A stretch of 64,000 nucleotides of DNA from Octopus bimaculoides. Its lineage: Eukaryota. The translations under genes were made by a program, and so were the position numbers. The notes below the pieces were generated by a model. That model worked only from the letters and a program-made list of their open reading frames with translations. It ran no database searches and was not told the DNA's origin. Location of the stretch: assembly GCF_001194135.2 (NCBI RefSeq), contig NC_068981.1:148383081-148447080 (forward strand). Direction: 5' to 3'. Shown piece by piece: positions 27,815 to 40,990 of the stretch; the first letter of the stretch is position 1; every line of letters begins with the position of its first letter.

Positions 27815-28364
27815 TAATAATTATAATGGTTTCAATTTTGGCACAAGGCCAACAATTTTGGAGGTGAGAGTATTTATTTAATAGCCTGAAAGGATGAAAG
27901 GCAATGTTAGCCTCAGTGGAATTTGAACCCAGAACATAAAAGAGCTGGAACAAATACTACAAATTATTTTATCTGACACACTAACAAAAAACTCTACCAG
28001 CTCATTGCTTAATAATAATAATAATAATAATAATGATACCGCTGCCAACACCACCACCACCACCACCACCACCACCACAACAACAACAACAACAACAGCA
28101 CCAACAAAAACAACAACAATGGTTTTTAATTTAGACACAAGGCTAACAATTTTGAGGGAAGGGGTTAGTTAATACCAGTGATCCCCAGTACATGACTAGT
28201 ACTTTATTTTACCGATGACCAAAAGATTAACTGGAAACATTGGTGTCAAGAAGGGCATCCATCCTGAAAAGAAACTGGTTCAAAAGCACCTGTTCAACCT
28301 GTACCAACATAGACAAGAAGTAAAACAATGATAATGATGACGATGACAATAATATATTCTTCTT

Positions 28365-28740
28365 CTTGCCTTTAACCCTCCAATGCGGAGTATAGGCCAC
28401 TTATAATTGAATTCCATGTCGCATAATTTCTCGCTTCTGTACTTATACTCTGCCATGAATGTCCCCCTTTCTCTAGTTCCTTTTGTGTTGATCTACGCCA
28501 CAAGTTCTTAGGCCTACCTTTTTTTCTATATCCATCCGGATTCCACTGTAAAGCACTTTTCGCTGCATTTGGTGGGTCCTTTCTAATTGTGCTACCAATC
28601 CACTTCCACTTTTTCTTAAATATTTGCACCCTAATCAAAACTTGATTCGTTTTTTGCCATAGCTCCATATTGCTTACATGTTTGGGCCATCTGATTTTAA
28701 GTATACTACGCAAGCACCTGTTGATGAATGATTGTATTTG
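28365..28740 (-). mobile_element. RTE-type LINE 3' fragment
   Basis: ORF 28372-28713: LKIRWPKHVSNMELWQKT...KWKWIGSTIRK...WNPDGYRKKGRPKNLWRR, ending in a (GAA)n tail. Confidence 0.82.
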
Positions 28741-29013
28741 CTTATAATATATATATGTATATAAATAATAATTTTAAATTTGGGTATACACCTGGTAGTA
28801 TACTGTTTAAAGTATGTCCACTATCTTTGGCTACCTGATGTCATAAACAGTATGGATATAAGTGCCACTAGATTTACTTCAGGAATTCTTTCATGTTGAG
28901 TATATAACACATGGGAGAAAGAGAAAATGGAATTCATGAGATTCTTTATTAGTCACTACAAGTGTAGTGATTAATAAAGAATCTTGTGAATTTCATTTTC
29001 TCCTTCACTTACG

Positions 29014-29048
<35 letters not shown>

Positions 29049-29146
29049 TTTAATCAAAAGATTAAATGTGGTATTTAAAATGTTTGAGGCACCAGAATTT
29101 GGTAGGTTAAAAACCAAAAACAAAATCAAGAGATTTGGTGAATAAA

Positions 29147-29545
29147 ATTTGAAGAAAAGCAACAAAAATGTATTAGGTTATAGCAATACATACGTTTCAT
29201 ACAAACTTCATTTATTTATGTAGTGAGAACACCACCTAAGATGTGCAATGAAAATGTACTACTCCTCAGCTGCATAATGGAAGTTTATTTCAGAAAGTCA
29301 TTTTGTAGATGTGTGCAAATACAAGAGTAGGAGATGAAGAAAATACCATCTTGACTGGGCTGTTAATCAACAGTCTATGCACACATCTACAAAATGACTT
29401 TCTGAAATGAATTTCCATTATGCAGCTGAGAAGTACATTTTCATTGCACATCTTATGTGGTGTTCTCACTACATAAATAAATGAAGTTTGTACGAAACGT
29501 ACGTACTGCTATAACCTAATGCATTTTTGTTGCTTTTCTTCAAAT
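29147..29545. repeat. ~400-bp fold-back palindrome
   Basis: Arms 29147-29317 and 29378-29545, about 95% reverse-complementary by eye, with a ~60-bp spacer; a related copy is at 1-280. Confidence 0.9.
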
Positions 29546-32500
29546 ATGTATATATTAACATATATTATGCATGTGCATGGCTGTGTGTATGTATGTATAC
29601 TTACAAACATGTATAACATGATTAGGAACTGTTATTCTTTTTAAACATCACATTTTAAAATGCTCAATGCCTATATTCAGAAAGTCTCATTGAGTACTGT
29701 ATAATGTTTAGTAACTGTTGTTGCAGCAGCTGTACCATGGCTTTAAGCTGGTATTCGGGTATTTAAAACACAGAAATCTTTACCAAATTTCCAATAAAAT
29801 TAGAGGAGTCTATAGAAAAGATAGCAGTCATTACACCACCATCCAAAGTCGAATGAGTGTAGCTTACATTTTAATCCATTCATGATTATATTGCTAACAA
29901 GTAGACAACACATGCATTTCAATTTATTTTAATATAATCAGGATATTTAGAAGGGTCTCAATATATATANNNNNNNNNNNNNNNNNNNNNNNNNNNNNNN
30001 NNNNNNNNNNNNNNNNNNNNNNNNNNNNNNNNNNNNNNNNNNNNNNNNNNNNNNNNNNNNNNNNNNNNNNNNNNNNNNNNNNNNNNNNNNNNNNNNNNNN
30101 NNNNNNNNNNNNNNNNNNNNNNNNNNNNNNNNNNNNNNNNNNNNNNNNNNNNNNNNNNNNNNNNNNNNNNNNNNNNNNNNNNNNNNNNNNNNNNNNNNNN
30201 NNNNNNNNNNNNNNNNNNNNNNNNNNNNNNNNNNNNNNNNNNNNNNNNNNNNNNNNNNNNNNNNNNNNNNNNNNNNNNNNNNNNNNNNNNNNNNNNNNNN
30301 NNNNNNNNNNNNNNNNNNNNNNNNNNNNNNNNNNNNNNNNNNNNNNNNNNNNNNNNNNNNNNNNNNNNNNNNNACCGATGCTGGTGTATTTACGTCCCCG
30401 TAACTTAGCGGTTTGGTAAAAGAGACCGATAGAATAAGTACTAGGCTTCCAAAGAATAAGTCCTGGGGTCGATTTGCTCAACTAAAAGGCGGTGCTCCAG
30501 CATGGCCGCAGTCAAATGACTGAAACAAGTAAAAGAAAAAAAAATATATATATCTGTTAGTGTGTATGTGTTCCAGCACCTATCTATCTATCTATCTCCA
30601 TCTATCTATCTGTCTGTCTGTCTATCTATATCTAGGTGCAGTCATGGCTGTTTGGTAAGAAGTTTGCTTCCCAACCACATGGTTCAGGATCACTGCATAG
30701 CACCTCGGGCAGGTGTCTTCTACTATAGTTTTGGGCTGACCAAAGCCTTGTGACGGAAACTGAAAGAAGCCCATCGTATATATGTATATCTATGTGTGTG
30801 TGTCTTTGTGTCTGTGTTTGTCCCCACCAACACTTGACAACAGGTGCTGGTGTGTTTACGTCCATGTAATTTAGAAGTTCAGCAAAAATGAATGATAAAG
30901 TAAGTACAAGCTTAAAAACAAAAACAAAAAAAAAACAATAAGTACTGGGATCGATACATTCGACTAAAAATTTTAAGGCAGTACCCCAGCATAGCCACAG
31001 TCAAATGACTCAAACAACTAAAATATAAAAAAGATTATATTTATTGTTCTGATATTCATAATTTTATTCATCTTGCGAGATCTTCATTGAGATTGTAACC
31101 TATATATGAACAATTTAGATAGAATTGAATCAGGTAGGTCGGTAATAGAATTTACCAGACTTAATTGGTGAATTTAAACTGACAAAAAGACTGCGAATAG
31201 ATTTAATGTTGATGTTTCAAGGGAGATAATTATATTAATTCCTCAGCAACGTTTTGAAACTGAATGCCAATGATTACGTTGACATTTTTTTGTATTTCTG
31301 AACTAATTACAGGCTTTAAAAAAATATCATCAATGAAACGATTTATTTAGAGACCGTCTGCATGTAAAACAATAGTTAAGCTAGTTCTTTACTTTGTTTC
31401 TATTATTACAACTTAGGTCAAACTACAATATTGTCTGATGTTTACATATTTATTAATGCAGTAAGCATCAATGAAAAGGCTAATTAAAACTAATTGTGCA
31501 GTGAGGTAAGACTTCCTGCATTGAGTGAAATGTATCATTTATCTTTTATTTGCTTCAATCATTAGACTGTGGTCATACTGGGGCATTGCCTTTAAGAATT
31601 TTAGTCAAATGAATCGACTCTAGTACTTTAGAGGCTGGTGCTTATTCTATCAGTTTCTTTTGTCAAACTGCTAAATTATGGGGACGTAAACACACCAACA
31701 CCGGTTGTCAAGTGGTGGTGAAACACACACACACACACACACACACATGACTGGCTTCTTTCAGTTTCTGCCTGTCAAATCCACTCACAAGCATTTGGTT
31801 GGTCTGAGGCTATAGTAAAAGACACTTGTACAAGCTGCTATGCAGTGGAACTGAACCCAGAACCATGTGGTTAGAAAGCAAGCTTTTTACTGCAGCCACA
31901 CCTGCACTTAAATGAAAGAATGACTAAATATACAAAAGGTGTCCAGTAATGTATATTTATAACTGGGCATGAAAACTGGCATGTTTAAAAAACATGTTTG
32001 TCTTATGTGAGCTAGTTTGTCTATCATAGCTATTGGCTTCATTCCACTACACTGATAATACTAATATAGTTCTGTCACCATCTTTTCTTTTAGTGATTAT
32101 TACCATTAATTTTATATTTTGAATTCTAATATTGCTGAAGTTAACTGTGACTTTCATCCCTCTAAGGTCAATAAATATAATACCAGTCATGTGTTGGGGT
32201 CAATAGTATTGATTAATCTCATCCCTCTAATTTTAGAATATGTGCTTATGCTAGAAACAGTTATTACCATTATCTTGAACAGAAGTTACTGAGTTTAGGA
32301 AAGGCTATTGATAGAGTCCCTCATAAAGATCACTCTGCTGAACTCCTTTGGCAAAGAACCAGCAGTTATTATCATTATTTTGAACAACATTTACTGTGTT
32401 TAGGAAGGGCTATTGATAGAGTCCCTAGTAGAGATCACTCTACAGAACTCCTTTGGCAAAAAGTCAGCAGTTTTTCTCTGTTTTGTGGCTATGGTCAAGG

Positions 32501-32777
32501 TAGTTGTACAGGTAGATGTGTTTGAAGGGTTTTAGGGCAGCTCTCTATCGGTCTGATCAACTCCTCATTAACTTCTTCAAATACAACTTGAAGCATAAGG
32601 TGTGAATGGAGTAACAGGTACTGCCTTTGAGCAAATTTGATGAAAAATGTATCCAATTTGTACAATCAGTGTTACTTGAATTCAGTTTGTAGGTTTGCAC
32701 TTAGAAGAGATAGGAAAGAGGACCTGAAGCAGAATCTGAGAGGTATAATGGTGTACCCTGATGCTTTCTATCTACAT

Positions 32778-33028
32778 CAGTGTTTCTCAACCATTTTTTA
32801 CCTATGGACCCCTTTGATTCTTATTTTACTTGGGTGAACCCTCCTGGCCATTCAATGCTTAACAAATCATATATTTCTTTATAATTAATTATTAGGAATT
32901 GTATGAGAAAAATTGATAAAATATTTTGTGTGTTGTAAAATTATAACTGATTTATTGCAGATAAATTTTAATAATAAAATCTTATATGGATCCCCAAGGG
33001 CAGTATAGTCACTGGTTGAGAACCACTG
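32778..33028. mobile_element. hAT-type MITE
   Basis: TIR cagtgtttctcaacca / tggttgagaaccactg; perfect 8-bp TSD atctacat. Confidence 0.88.
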
Positions 33029-34173
33029 ATCTACATGGTGGTAGTGGTTTCTCATCCTCCTTTATAGATAGGGTACTTTTGTTATACTTTTATATCTTTA
33101 GTTTTTAACCCCTTTTTCATGTTGTATTACTTTTTTTGCTTTTTCCTTGCTTTTACTTGTCTTGTATCTTGAGGGGTCACCTGGACACCGTATTATCACT
33201 ATTTATTTCCTTGCAGCTCCACCTGACCATTCTCATCTTCTCTTCTAAATGTGAGTGGCCATGTAGTCCCTCTGCAAAGACAACATGCTCTGTCCCCCTT
33301 CTCTCATACTTTAACCATTTATCTCCTAGCATAAAGCCAACACCCACTTCCCATTCAGGGTTCATAAACTCACTAGTGCTAGTGGCACAAAAAAAACACC
33401 CAGTACACACTATAAAGTGGTTGTTGTTAGGAGGGGCATCCAGCCATAGAAACCACGTCAAAGCAGATATTGGAGGACGATGTAGTGCTTGGGTTAATTG
33501 GATCTGATAAAACTATCCAACTCAAGTTAACATGGAGTTTAATCCTTTAGCATTTAAACCAGCCATATCCCACCAAAATAATATGCCTGTTTTATCTTCA
33601 AACTGACCATATCTGATCTCTCACACTTACCCTACAATGTTATTCTCAAATGGCACGCAATGGCACCCATTCACGCAAATGGCACCCATTCTGGTGGCAT
33701 GTAAAAACACCCATTACACTCTCAGAGTGGTTGGCGTTAAGAAGGGCATCCAGCTGTAGAAAACCATGCCAAATCAGACTGGAGTCTGGTGCAGCCTTCC
33801 AGCTTACCAGCTCTGGTCAAACCAGATGTTAAATGATAATGATGATGCCATTATTGAAATCTCAAAGCTACAAAGTAAAGTAGGACAAATTCATATGAAC
33901 GTGAATTAAATAAGCATTACATTTGAGAAAGTAATCAGAATGCTAAAGAGCTAAATGATGATGATAATGATACAATCACCACGTTTTTTTGAAATCCCTT
34001 TTGTGTAAAAGGTTTTTGTATTATACAGAAGGCCCTCGTGGCTAATATAGTGGCTGTTATATCATCATCATCATCGTTTAACGTCCGCTTTCCATGCTAG
34101 GCTAGCATGCTCATTATTACTTTTCCTCCATAAATATTATTTACATTTCTAAGAAACTAGTTTAAACTCTTAC

Positions 34174-34246
34174 CAAATGCTTTTCCAATTGCAATAGTTT
34201 CAAGAATTCCAAGAATTGGTATAATAATGAACCCGGGTCCAATATC
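34174..34246 (-). CDS. SLC26A11: SLC26A11-like exon 9
   Basis: tctctttcag|GAT ATT... encodes DIGPGFIIIPILGILETIAIGKAF; donor G|GTAAGA; 73 nt. Confidence 0.95.
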
Positions 34247-35120
34247 CTGAAAGAGATAAACAATAATAGCAGTCAGCTAAAGATCACTGTTCATAAGTGG
34301 GAGAACAAAATTTGGTTAAGGGGTGCAAATCAAGGCCCAACCCAAAAGGTTCAAAGTGCTTTTATTGACCTCCATCTAAAAAAAAGATTTTAGTGGGTGC
34401 ACCTGCATCTCTTGCACCCCCTGTTCCCAAGCCTATGGCATTGCTGTTCAGCATTAATATTTAATTATTTAAGGTATCAAATGTAAGAACTTCAACTGAG
34501 TGAAAATTACATTACATATTCTAATTTTTGTTTAAGAAAAAAACATGCAACAAAAATAAGAATTTAGAAACTTGAAGAACATGAAATAATTATGTTTTGG
34601 AAGAGTGAATCTTGAAGCAATTAAACCTCTAAATATTGCATCTCATAAATGATTTCAAATTTTGGCACAAGGCCAGCGGTTTTAAGAGTGGAGGTAAGTT
34701 GATTACATCAACCCCCAGTACTCAGCTGGTACTTATTTTATCGATCCCAAATGGATGAAAGGCAAAGTCAATCCTGGTAGCATTTGAATTCAGAATGCAA
34801 AGTCAGAAGAAATACCACTAAGCATTTTGCCTGGCATGATAATGATTCTGTCAGCTTACTGCCTTAAAGCATCTTAATATAGGGTTAAAAAAACACTTTG
34901 AATAGAAAACGTCTAAGGCTGCTGGTAGGACTTGAACCCACACCTCCTGTAATGTAGAACCCTTGTCATGTTTACAGATGTCCAACCTCGAGCAGCTATA
35001 GACTGTTACTATCCAAATGTCTTTTTTTTTTTTTAACCCAGTATTTACATTCTAGTATTTATAGATTTAACTATTTCAAGACTCACTTATCCGAAAAAGA
35101 ATTACGCAACAAAAACTTAC

Positions 35121-35302
35121 AGACAAAATTTCTGATGTAGATCGAGTGACATTCTTGGTATGGATTGAAAAATCTGGGATTCTGAAAGGTGGCAGTCCTT
35201 CTTGAATGTCATTGGTGAGAGTAAATACACTTTTGTCTGGATTTTGACTTATTACTGCATAAGATATTGCTGTAGCTGATATTACTATGACTGCATTTGC
35301 AG
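35121..35302 (-). CDS. SLC26A11: SLC26A11-like exon 8
   Basis: tttatttttag|CT GCA AAT... encodes (A)ANAVIVISATAISYAVISQNPDKSVFTLTNDIQEGLPPFRIPDFSIHTKNVTRSTSEILS, with the GLPPF motif and an NVT sequon; donor TCT|GTAAGT; 182 nt. Confidence 0.93.
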
Positions 35303-36829
35303 CTAAAAATAAAGAAGAAAGTAATTTTGTTTTTAATCTAAATTCTAGTCTTAAATCATGTTCTTTTATCTGCTATAATTCCATTCATATCTAGGATGCA
35401 TGACAGGGATATATAATTCCAGGACTCGACTGGTACTTTATATGAGTGACTCTAGAAGGGTGAAAAGCAAAACTGATCTCAATAAGATTACAAATCAATA
35501 GAATATTAAGAGTCTGTTACATGCAGCAGAAACTGTATTTGATTAAAATTGCCATCCATGTAACATACTTCATGCAAATCCATAGCAAAAATGCAAATTA
35601 ACTCTGGTATTCATTTGGAAATAATATCTCTTGTGGACTTAATCTATTTAAAAGCACAAGACCAGTGTCCTTCTGGTGATGAAAAGCACTCATGGTGGTG
35701 CCACATAAAAGTGCCTGTGTGGTGTTATGTAAAAACATCTGTGCAGTGCCACATAAAAGCACCAGTACAGTGTCACATAAAAGTGCCTGTGAGTGCCATG
35801 TAAAAGCACCTATGCAGTGCCACATAGAAGTATCCAGTACACTCTGCAAAGTGGTTGGTGTTAGGAAGGGCATCCAACTGTAGATACCATGCCAACTCAG
35901 ACTGGGTTCTGGTGCAGTGCCCCAGCTTGCCAGCCCTGGTCATACCATCCAAACCATGCCAGCATAGACAACAGATGTTAAATGATGATAATGATGATGA
36001 AATATATCAGTAGCAGATGAAAATCCTCCAGAAGCAGTGGTGAGAATGCTAGATGCACAGAATTGTGCATCTAGCTTTTGGGCTTTGTCAGTACATGTAC
36101 TCACAGCCAAACACATGGTGGGGGTAGTCGAGTATCTGAGCCTCTATCATACTCCAACCTCTCACCTGGCACATAACCATTTCTCTCAGTTCTTCATCCT
36201 CTCTCAGCCTGAAATATCCTTGTCTTGCATGGCACTTGGTGACCTGGTGACCCTGTGAGTACTAATGTCATGTAAAAAGTACCTATGCTAATGTCACATA
36301 AAAGGCACCCATGCCAGTGACATGTAGAAAGCACACATACCCACACCATATAAAAAGCATTTGTGCTGGTGCCATGTAAAAGCTCCCAGTACATTCTGTA
36401 AAGTGGTGGACATTAGGAAGGGCATTCGTCCATAGAAACCATGCTAAAACTGACAACAGTGCCCAGCGTAGTATTCTGGCTTGCCAGCTCCAGTCAAACT
36501 GTCCTAACTAGAAAATGGACATTAAATGATGATGATGATGTAGCTAAATACCAGCAGGCAATCTGTGCATTTATCAAATTAAAATAATTGTCCTCCTACT
36601 ACACACACACATACACACACACACAAAAAAAAAAATTACAAGCAAGAAATAATTAAGACATGTTCTTATAGAATATACTATTGTTGTTTAGAACCAGATC
36701 AGCTCATATCAAGTGAATCTAAGCAGCAGTGAACATCCCTCATTTATTCAGGCTATGGACTGTATCATCCAGAGAAATATTTGTGGATATAAAATGTTGA
36801 TATGCTCCTCCTTGGCACCGTCGTTGTCA

Positions 36830-37190
36830 TCGTCATCATCATCATCATTATCATCATCACCGTTTAACGTCCGCTTTCCATGCTAGCATGGGTTGGACGA
36901 TTTGACTGAGGACTGGTGAACCAGGAGGCTACACCAGGCTTCAATCTGATTTGGCANNNNNNNNNNCTGGTGAACCAGGAGGCTACACCAGGCTTCAATC
37001 TGATTTGGCAGAGTTTCTACAGCTGGATGCCCTTCCTAATGCCAACCACTCCGAGAGTGTAGGGGGTGCTTTTATGTGCAACCGGCACGAAGGCCAGACA
37101 GGCGGTACTGGCAATGGCCACGCTCAAAATAGTGTATTTTACGTGCCACCTGCACAGGAGCCAGTCGAGCCAGTTGAGCCAGTCCAGCGC
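36830..37190 (-). mobile_element. SINE family S2 with (GAT)n tail; other copies ~7910-8215, 13488-13640, 20660-20805, 23350-23605, 24722-24890, 33650-33850, 35690-36000, 36240-36545, 38120-38350, 40080-40285, 44480-44680, 45962-46385, 50270-50530, 51713-51880, 58840-59045, 59105-59272, 62780-62930
   Basis: Shared core aaaagcacccactacactctcggagtggttggcgttaggaagggcatccagctgtagaaa...caacccatgctagcatggaaagcggacgttaaacgatgatgat. Confidence 0.85.
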
Positions 37191-37403
37191 CATTGTCTAT
37201 TAAAAACAGTTTTTGCTGATTGACTTAGTCGAATTATTTTGAAAATCTAAATATTTTCCCAAAAGCTATATCAATTCATGACATGAAATATCATTAACAA
37301 ATTTTAATGACTAAATCATACATTAAATTATTATTTTTTCAAATGGAATTATATAACATCTATTAACCATTTGAGTAGCAAAAGTAAAAACCTGCATCCT
37401 TAC

Positions 37404-37494
37404 CAGTTCCAAACAACCACAAAAAATTCCGTGCAATTTTCTGAGACCAATGGATTGTTTCATCAGTGTCCATCCAATTTATAGAACGAAGCTT
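37404..37494 (-). CDS. SLC26A11: SLC26A11-like exon 7
   Basis: ttacttacag|AAG CTT... encodes KLRSINWMDTDETIHWSQKIARNFLWLFGT; donor G|GTAAG; 91 nt. Confidence 0.88.
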
Positions 37495-37602
37495 CTGTAA
37501 GTAACAAAAACATTTCATCAATGACATATTGTACACATAAGATACTAATAATTGTTCAATCAGGCAACAGTCAAAAGAATTTCTATAAAGTTTAAAATAA
37601 GT

Positions 37603-37985
37603 GCAGGGGTGGCTGTGTGGTAAGAAGTTTGCTTCCCAACTGCATGGTTCTGGGTTCAGACCCACCACATGGTACATTGGGCAAGTGTCTTCTATTGCCT
37701 CAGGCCGACCAAAGCCTTGTGAGTGGATTTGGATTTGTCATATACATACACGCACGTGTGTGTGTGTGTGTCTGTGTTTGTTTCTTACAGCTGCTTGACA
37801 ACTGATGTTGGTGTGTTTACATCCCTGTAACTTAGTGGTTTGGCAAAAGAGAATCAATAAAATAAGTACAAGGCTTAAAAAGAAAATAAGCCCTGGGGTT
37901 GATTAGTTCAACTAAAATTCTCTAAGGTAGTGCCCCAGTATAGCCACAGTCTAATGATCAAAACAAGTAAAAGATTAAAAGATAA
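37603..37985 (+). mobile_element. Abundant tRNA-derived SINE family S1 with an internal (TA)n(TG)n tract; other copies ~777-890, 1848-2003, 3235-3410, 4817-5200, 25285-25670, 30375-31025, 31545-31907, 43820-43960, 52960-53350, 57865-58265, 59668-60018, 63447-63800, 63870-64000
   Basis: Shared consensus ggtgtggctgtgtggtaagaag..ggttcagtccc..caccttgggcaagtgtcttctactatagcc..gaaactgaaagaagccc (TA/TG)n ..cttgacaaccgatg..agcatggccgcagtcaaatgactgaaacaagtaaaag, in both orientations. Confidence 0.85.
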
Positions 37986-39492
37986 AAGAGACTCTAGCAC
38001 AGGGGTGGTAACCTGTGACCTTTCATGTAGTTAAGCATAAACCTATGGAAGAAGTCTTTTATTTGTATTTTAATTCATATTTTATATTAAAAAAAATTGT
38101 TCATTACACAGAGTTATCATCATATCATCATCATCATCGTTTAACGTCCACTTTCCATGCTAGCATGGGTTGGACAATTTGATTGAGGACTGACGAACCA
38201 GATGGCTGCACCAAGCTCCAATCTGATCTGGCTGAGTTTCTACAGCTGGATACCCTTCCTAACACCAACCACTCAGAGAGTGTAGTGGGTGCTTTTATGT
38301 GCCACCAGCACAAGGGCCAGTCTGGCGGTACTGTCAACGGCCACGCAACAATTTTTAAAAGAATGCACATCCCAGTTTCCATGACATATAAGTGACAGAG
38401 ATTATAATAACCCCATCCACTGAACAGGACACCACTCTATCGCAGGTTTAAGTTCTCACCTATCATTGGAACTCATTTATAGCTGGGTGACTCTGGAGCA
38501 ACAAGAAATGAAGTGTTTGGCTCAAGAACACAATGCACAACCCAGTGCAGGAATCGAAACCGCAATTTTATGATTGTGAGTGAAACATCTTAACAACTAG
38601 GCCACGTGCCACACATTTAGTCCAGTATTGCCTTAAAGTATAAAATGGTTTCCCTTCCCTACTGTGGGTAAGTTGATAGGAGGTTCAACTGCTAACCAAG
38701 TGTTTCATTGCTTATTGCATATCACTGGTGTATCATATTGTTCTTAACTTCTGTAATTTAGTTCATGTAACTGGAGACAGATACTATACAGTAGTCGTTG
38801 CTTTTTTGGGGTCAGTACTTATTGTACATCTATGATCTAAAGCATACATAGTGTATCTAGATCTACGTTACAGAACTGTGATTTGAAGGAGATGGAACTG
38901 TTATTTTTAGTTCACTGAACGATGACGTTGAGCTCCTTCTTTGACTTGTGACTAATTTAATAATTTACAGTGTCGAAATGGGAGTTTTATGTCATGTGAA
39001 TAAATGAATTAAACACCACAACGGCTTGAAACTTTATACAAGGGAGGCAACTCTTCATTCTTAATTTTTTTCCCGCCATTGTTTACTGTTAGTCACGGAA
39101 GGAAAAATTCACCAAGGATTAGGTAGGTGAGAGGTAGAAGAAAGATAGAGTGAGAAAGAAAGGGAGAGAGAGAAAATGTTGTTTATGATACGTTAATGGG
39201 TCATGTTCAGATCTGTTCTATATGAAACAAGAACATCAATTATGATGGGCTCACGAAGAGACCATCATGTGGTTTGCTCAAGTGATCATCACTGTCACTC
39301 CATTAAAGTAACCAAAGCCAGTAGCAAGACTAGCAGCAGCAGTACCACACCACCAACAAAAAATGACTACCGTCATCACCAGCAATGCCAAAAATGACCA
39401 AATCCATCACCTCTGTCAAAACAAACTATTACCACTGCCACTGCTACCACTGCTGCCAACATAAAACACAATTCAGTAATGTTATCACTTAC

Positions 39493-39547
39493 TTTGATGA
39501 AATGTACCAAAACCAAGCAGGAAACACCTAAGAGAAGATCCCAAACA
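39493..39547 (-). CDS. SLC26A11: SLC26A11-like exon 6
   Basis: poly-T gcag|T GTT TGG... encodes (N)VWDLLLGVSCLVLVHFIK; donor AAA|GTAAGT; 55 nt, phase 2 to 0. Confidence 0.9.
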
Positions 39548-40329
39548 CTGCAAAAAAAAAAACAAAGAAAACACGAAGATAGGATTAATAAATAAACAAC
39601 AAAACATTACATTATTGGAAGTTTTGAAGAAATTATTTATAACAGAAGAACATACACACACACACACTCATACACATATAGATATCTATACGCACACACA
39701 TACATCATCATTATTTTGATGTCCACTTCTTCATGCTAGCATTGGTCAGAGTTTACAGTGGCAGATTTTTTTTACAGCTGGACACCTTTCCTGTTACCAA
39801 CCTTCACCTGTTTCCAAGCAAGGTAATATTTCTGGGTGATCAGATACATTTTTGCAGAATATTGGAAATGAGTGGTACAACTTGTATGACAGTAACACCC
39901 ATTTACAGCTATCACGCTCATTATGTAAAGATGAGACAGACAGACAGACACACACACACACACACACACACATATGCACATGCATGATGGACTCCTTTTA
40001 ATCTACCAAATCCACATATAAGGCTTTTGTCAACCCAGGGCTGAGATATTGGCCAATCCTTGTTCTACAGAGGTGGCCAAGTATCTCCTCAATCCTTGTC
40101 AGTGCCATGTAAAATGCACCCAGTACATTCTGTAAAGTGGCTGGCATTAGGAAGGGCATCCAGCTGTAGTAACCATGCCAAAACGGACAATTGGAACCTG
40201 GTGCAGCTCTTTGGCTCACCAGCTCCTGTCAGACTGTCCAACTCATGCCCCAACATGGAAAACGGATGTTAAATGATGATGATTTGCCCAAAGATTCAGG
40301 TAATGGGATTGAATCCAAAACCATGTAGT

Positions 40330-40990
40330 TAGGAAGCAAACTTCTGAAGTATACTGCTACATTGCATACAGGAATACTTCGAAAATATGGCAGTTGGAAC
40401 TTGCCTCTTGCAACAAGATGTATCCTTCATTATATTTGCAGTATCTGAATTGATACCAGTATTTGAGGTACTTGATTGGTCAAAGAGGAAATTGGCTACA
40501 TAGATACTAAGAACATGCAAGATCCTGACATCAATTGGAAAGTTTCACAGAAATGGTAATATTGTCAGCAACGCTGGGTTAACTATTAAGCAAAATGAGC
40601 ATGTGCTTAGGTTATCAACTTAAGGTGGGAACCACTGAAATAGTAAATGGTTAATGACAAAAAAGATATGACTTTAAACTTGCTAAAATCATTTTTGAGA
40701 TGCCTTATCTCTACTAAGTATAGAAGATGTGTTACATAAGATTAATTTTGAGGATCTGATCAAAGACTTTGCAATTAAAAAAAAGTAAGAGAAAACTTTT
40801 CAAATAGAAATAAAGTGGAAGTATACAAAAATAAACATGATTTTCAATCTTATTGTTAGACTTGCTTCATTTTGAAAAATAAAAATTTATTTTATGGTCT
40901 ATCATTGTTTATATTTTGAATTATACATATATAGGGGGCACTAAAATCTTTTAAGTGCTTAGGGCCTCTCTGGGTCTTAATCTGGCTCTA
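40330..40990 (+). mobile_element. hAT transposase 3' remnant with right terminus
   Basis: Degraded LNLLKSFLR...INFEDLIKDFAIKK resembles the hAT C-terminal dimerization region. The end cttaatctggctcta resembles CAGGGCCGGATTAA-type TIRs. Confidence 0.6.

Noticed and set aside
35696-35842. CRISPR-like regular repeats
   Set aside because: Eukaryotic context, degenerate 24-bp tandem units without unique spacers, no cas genes; part of SINE S2.
36914-37010. Exact 44-bp direct repeat on both sides of a 10-N gap
   Set aside because: Typical unmerged contig overlap inside an S2 SINE; an assembly artefact, not a biological duplication.
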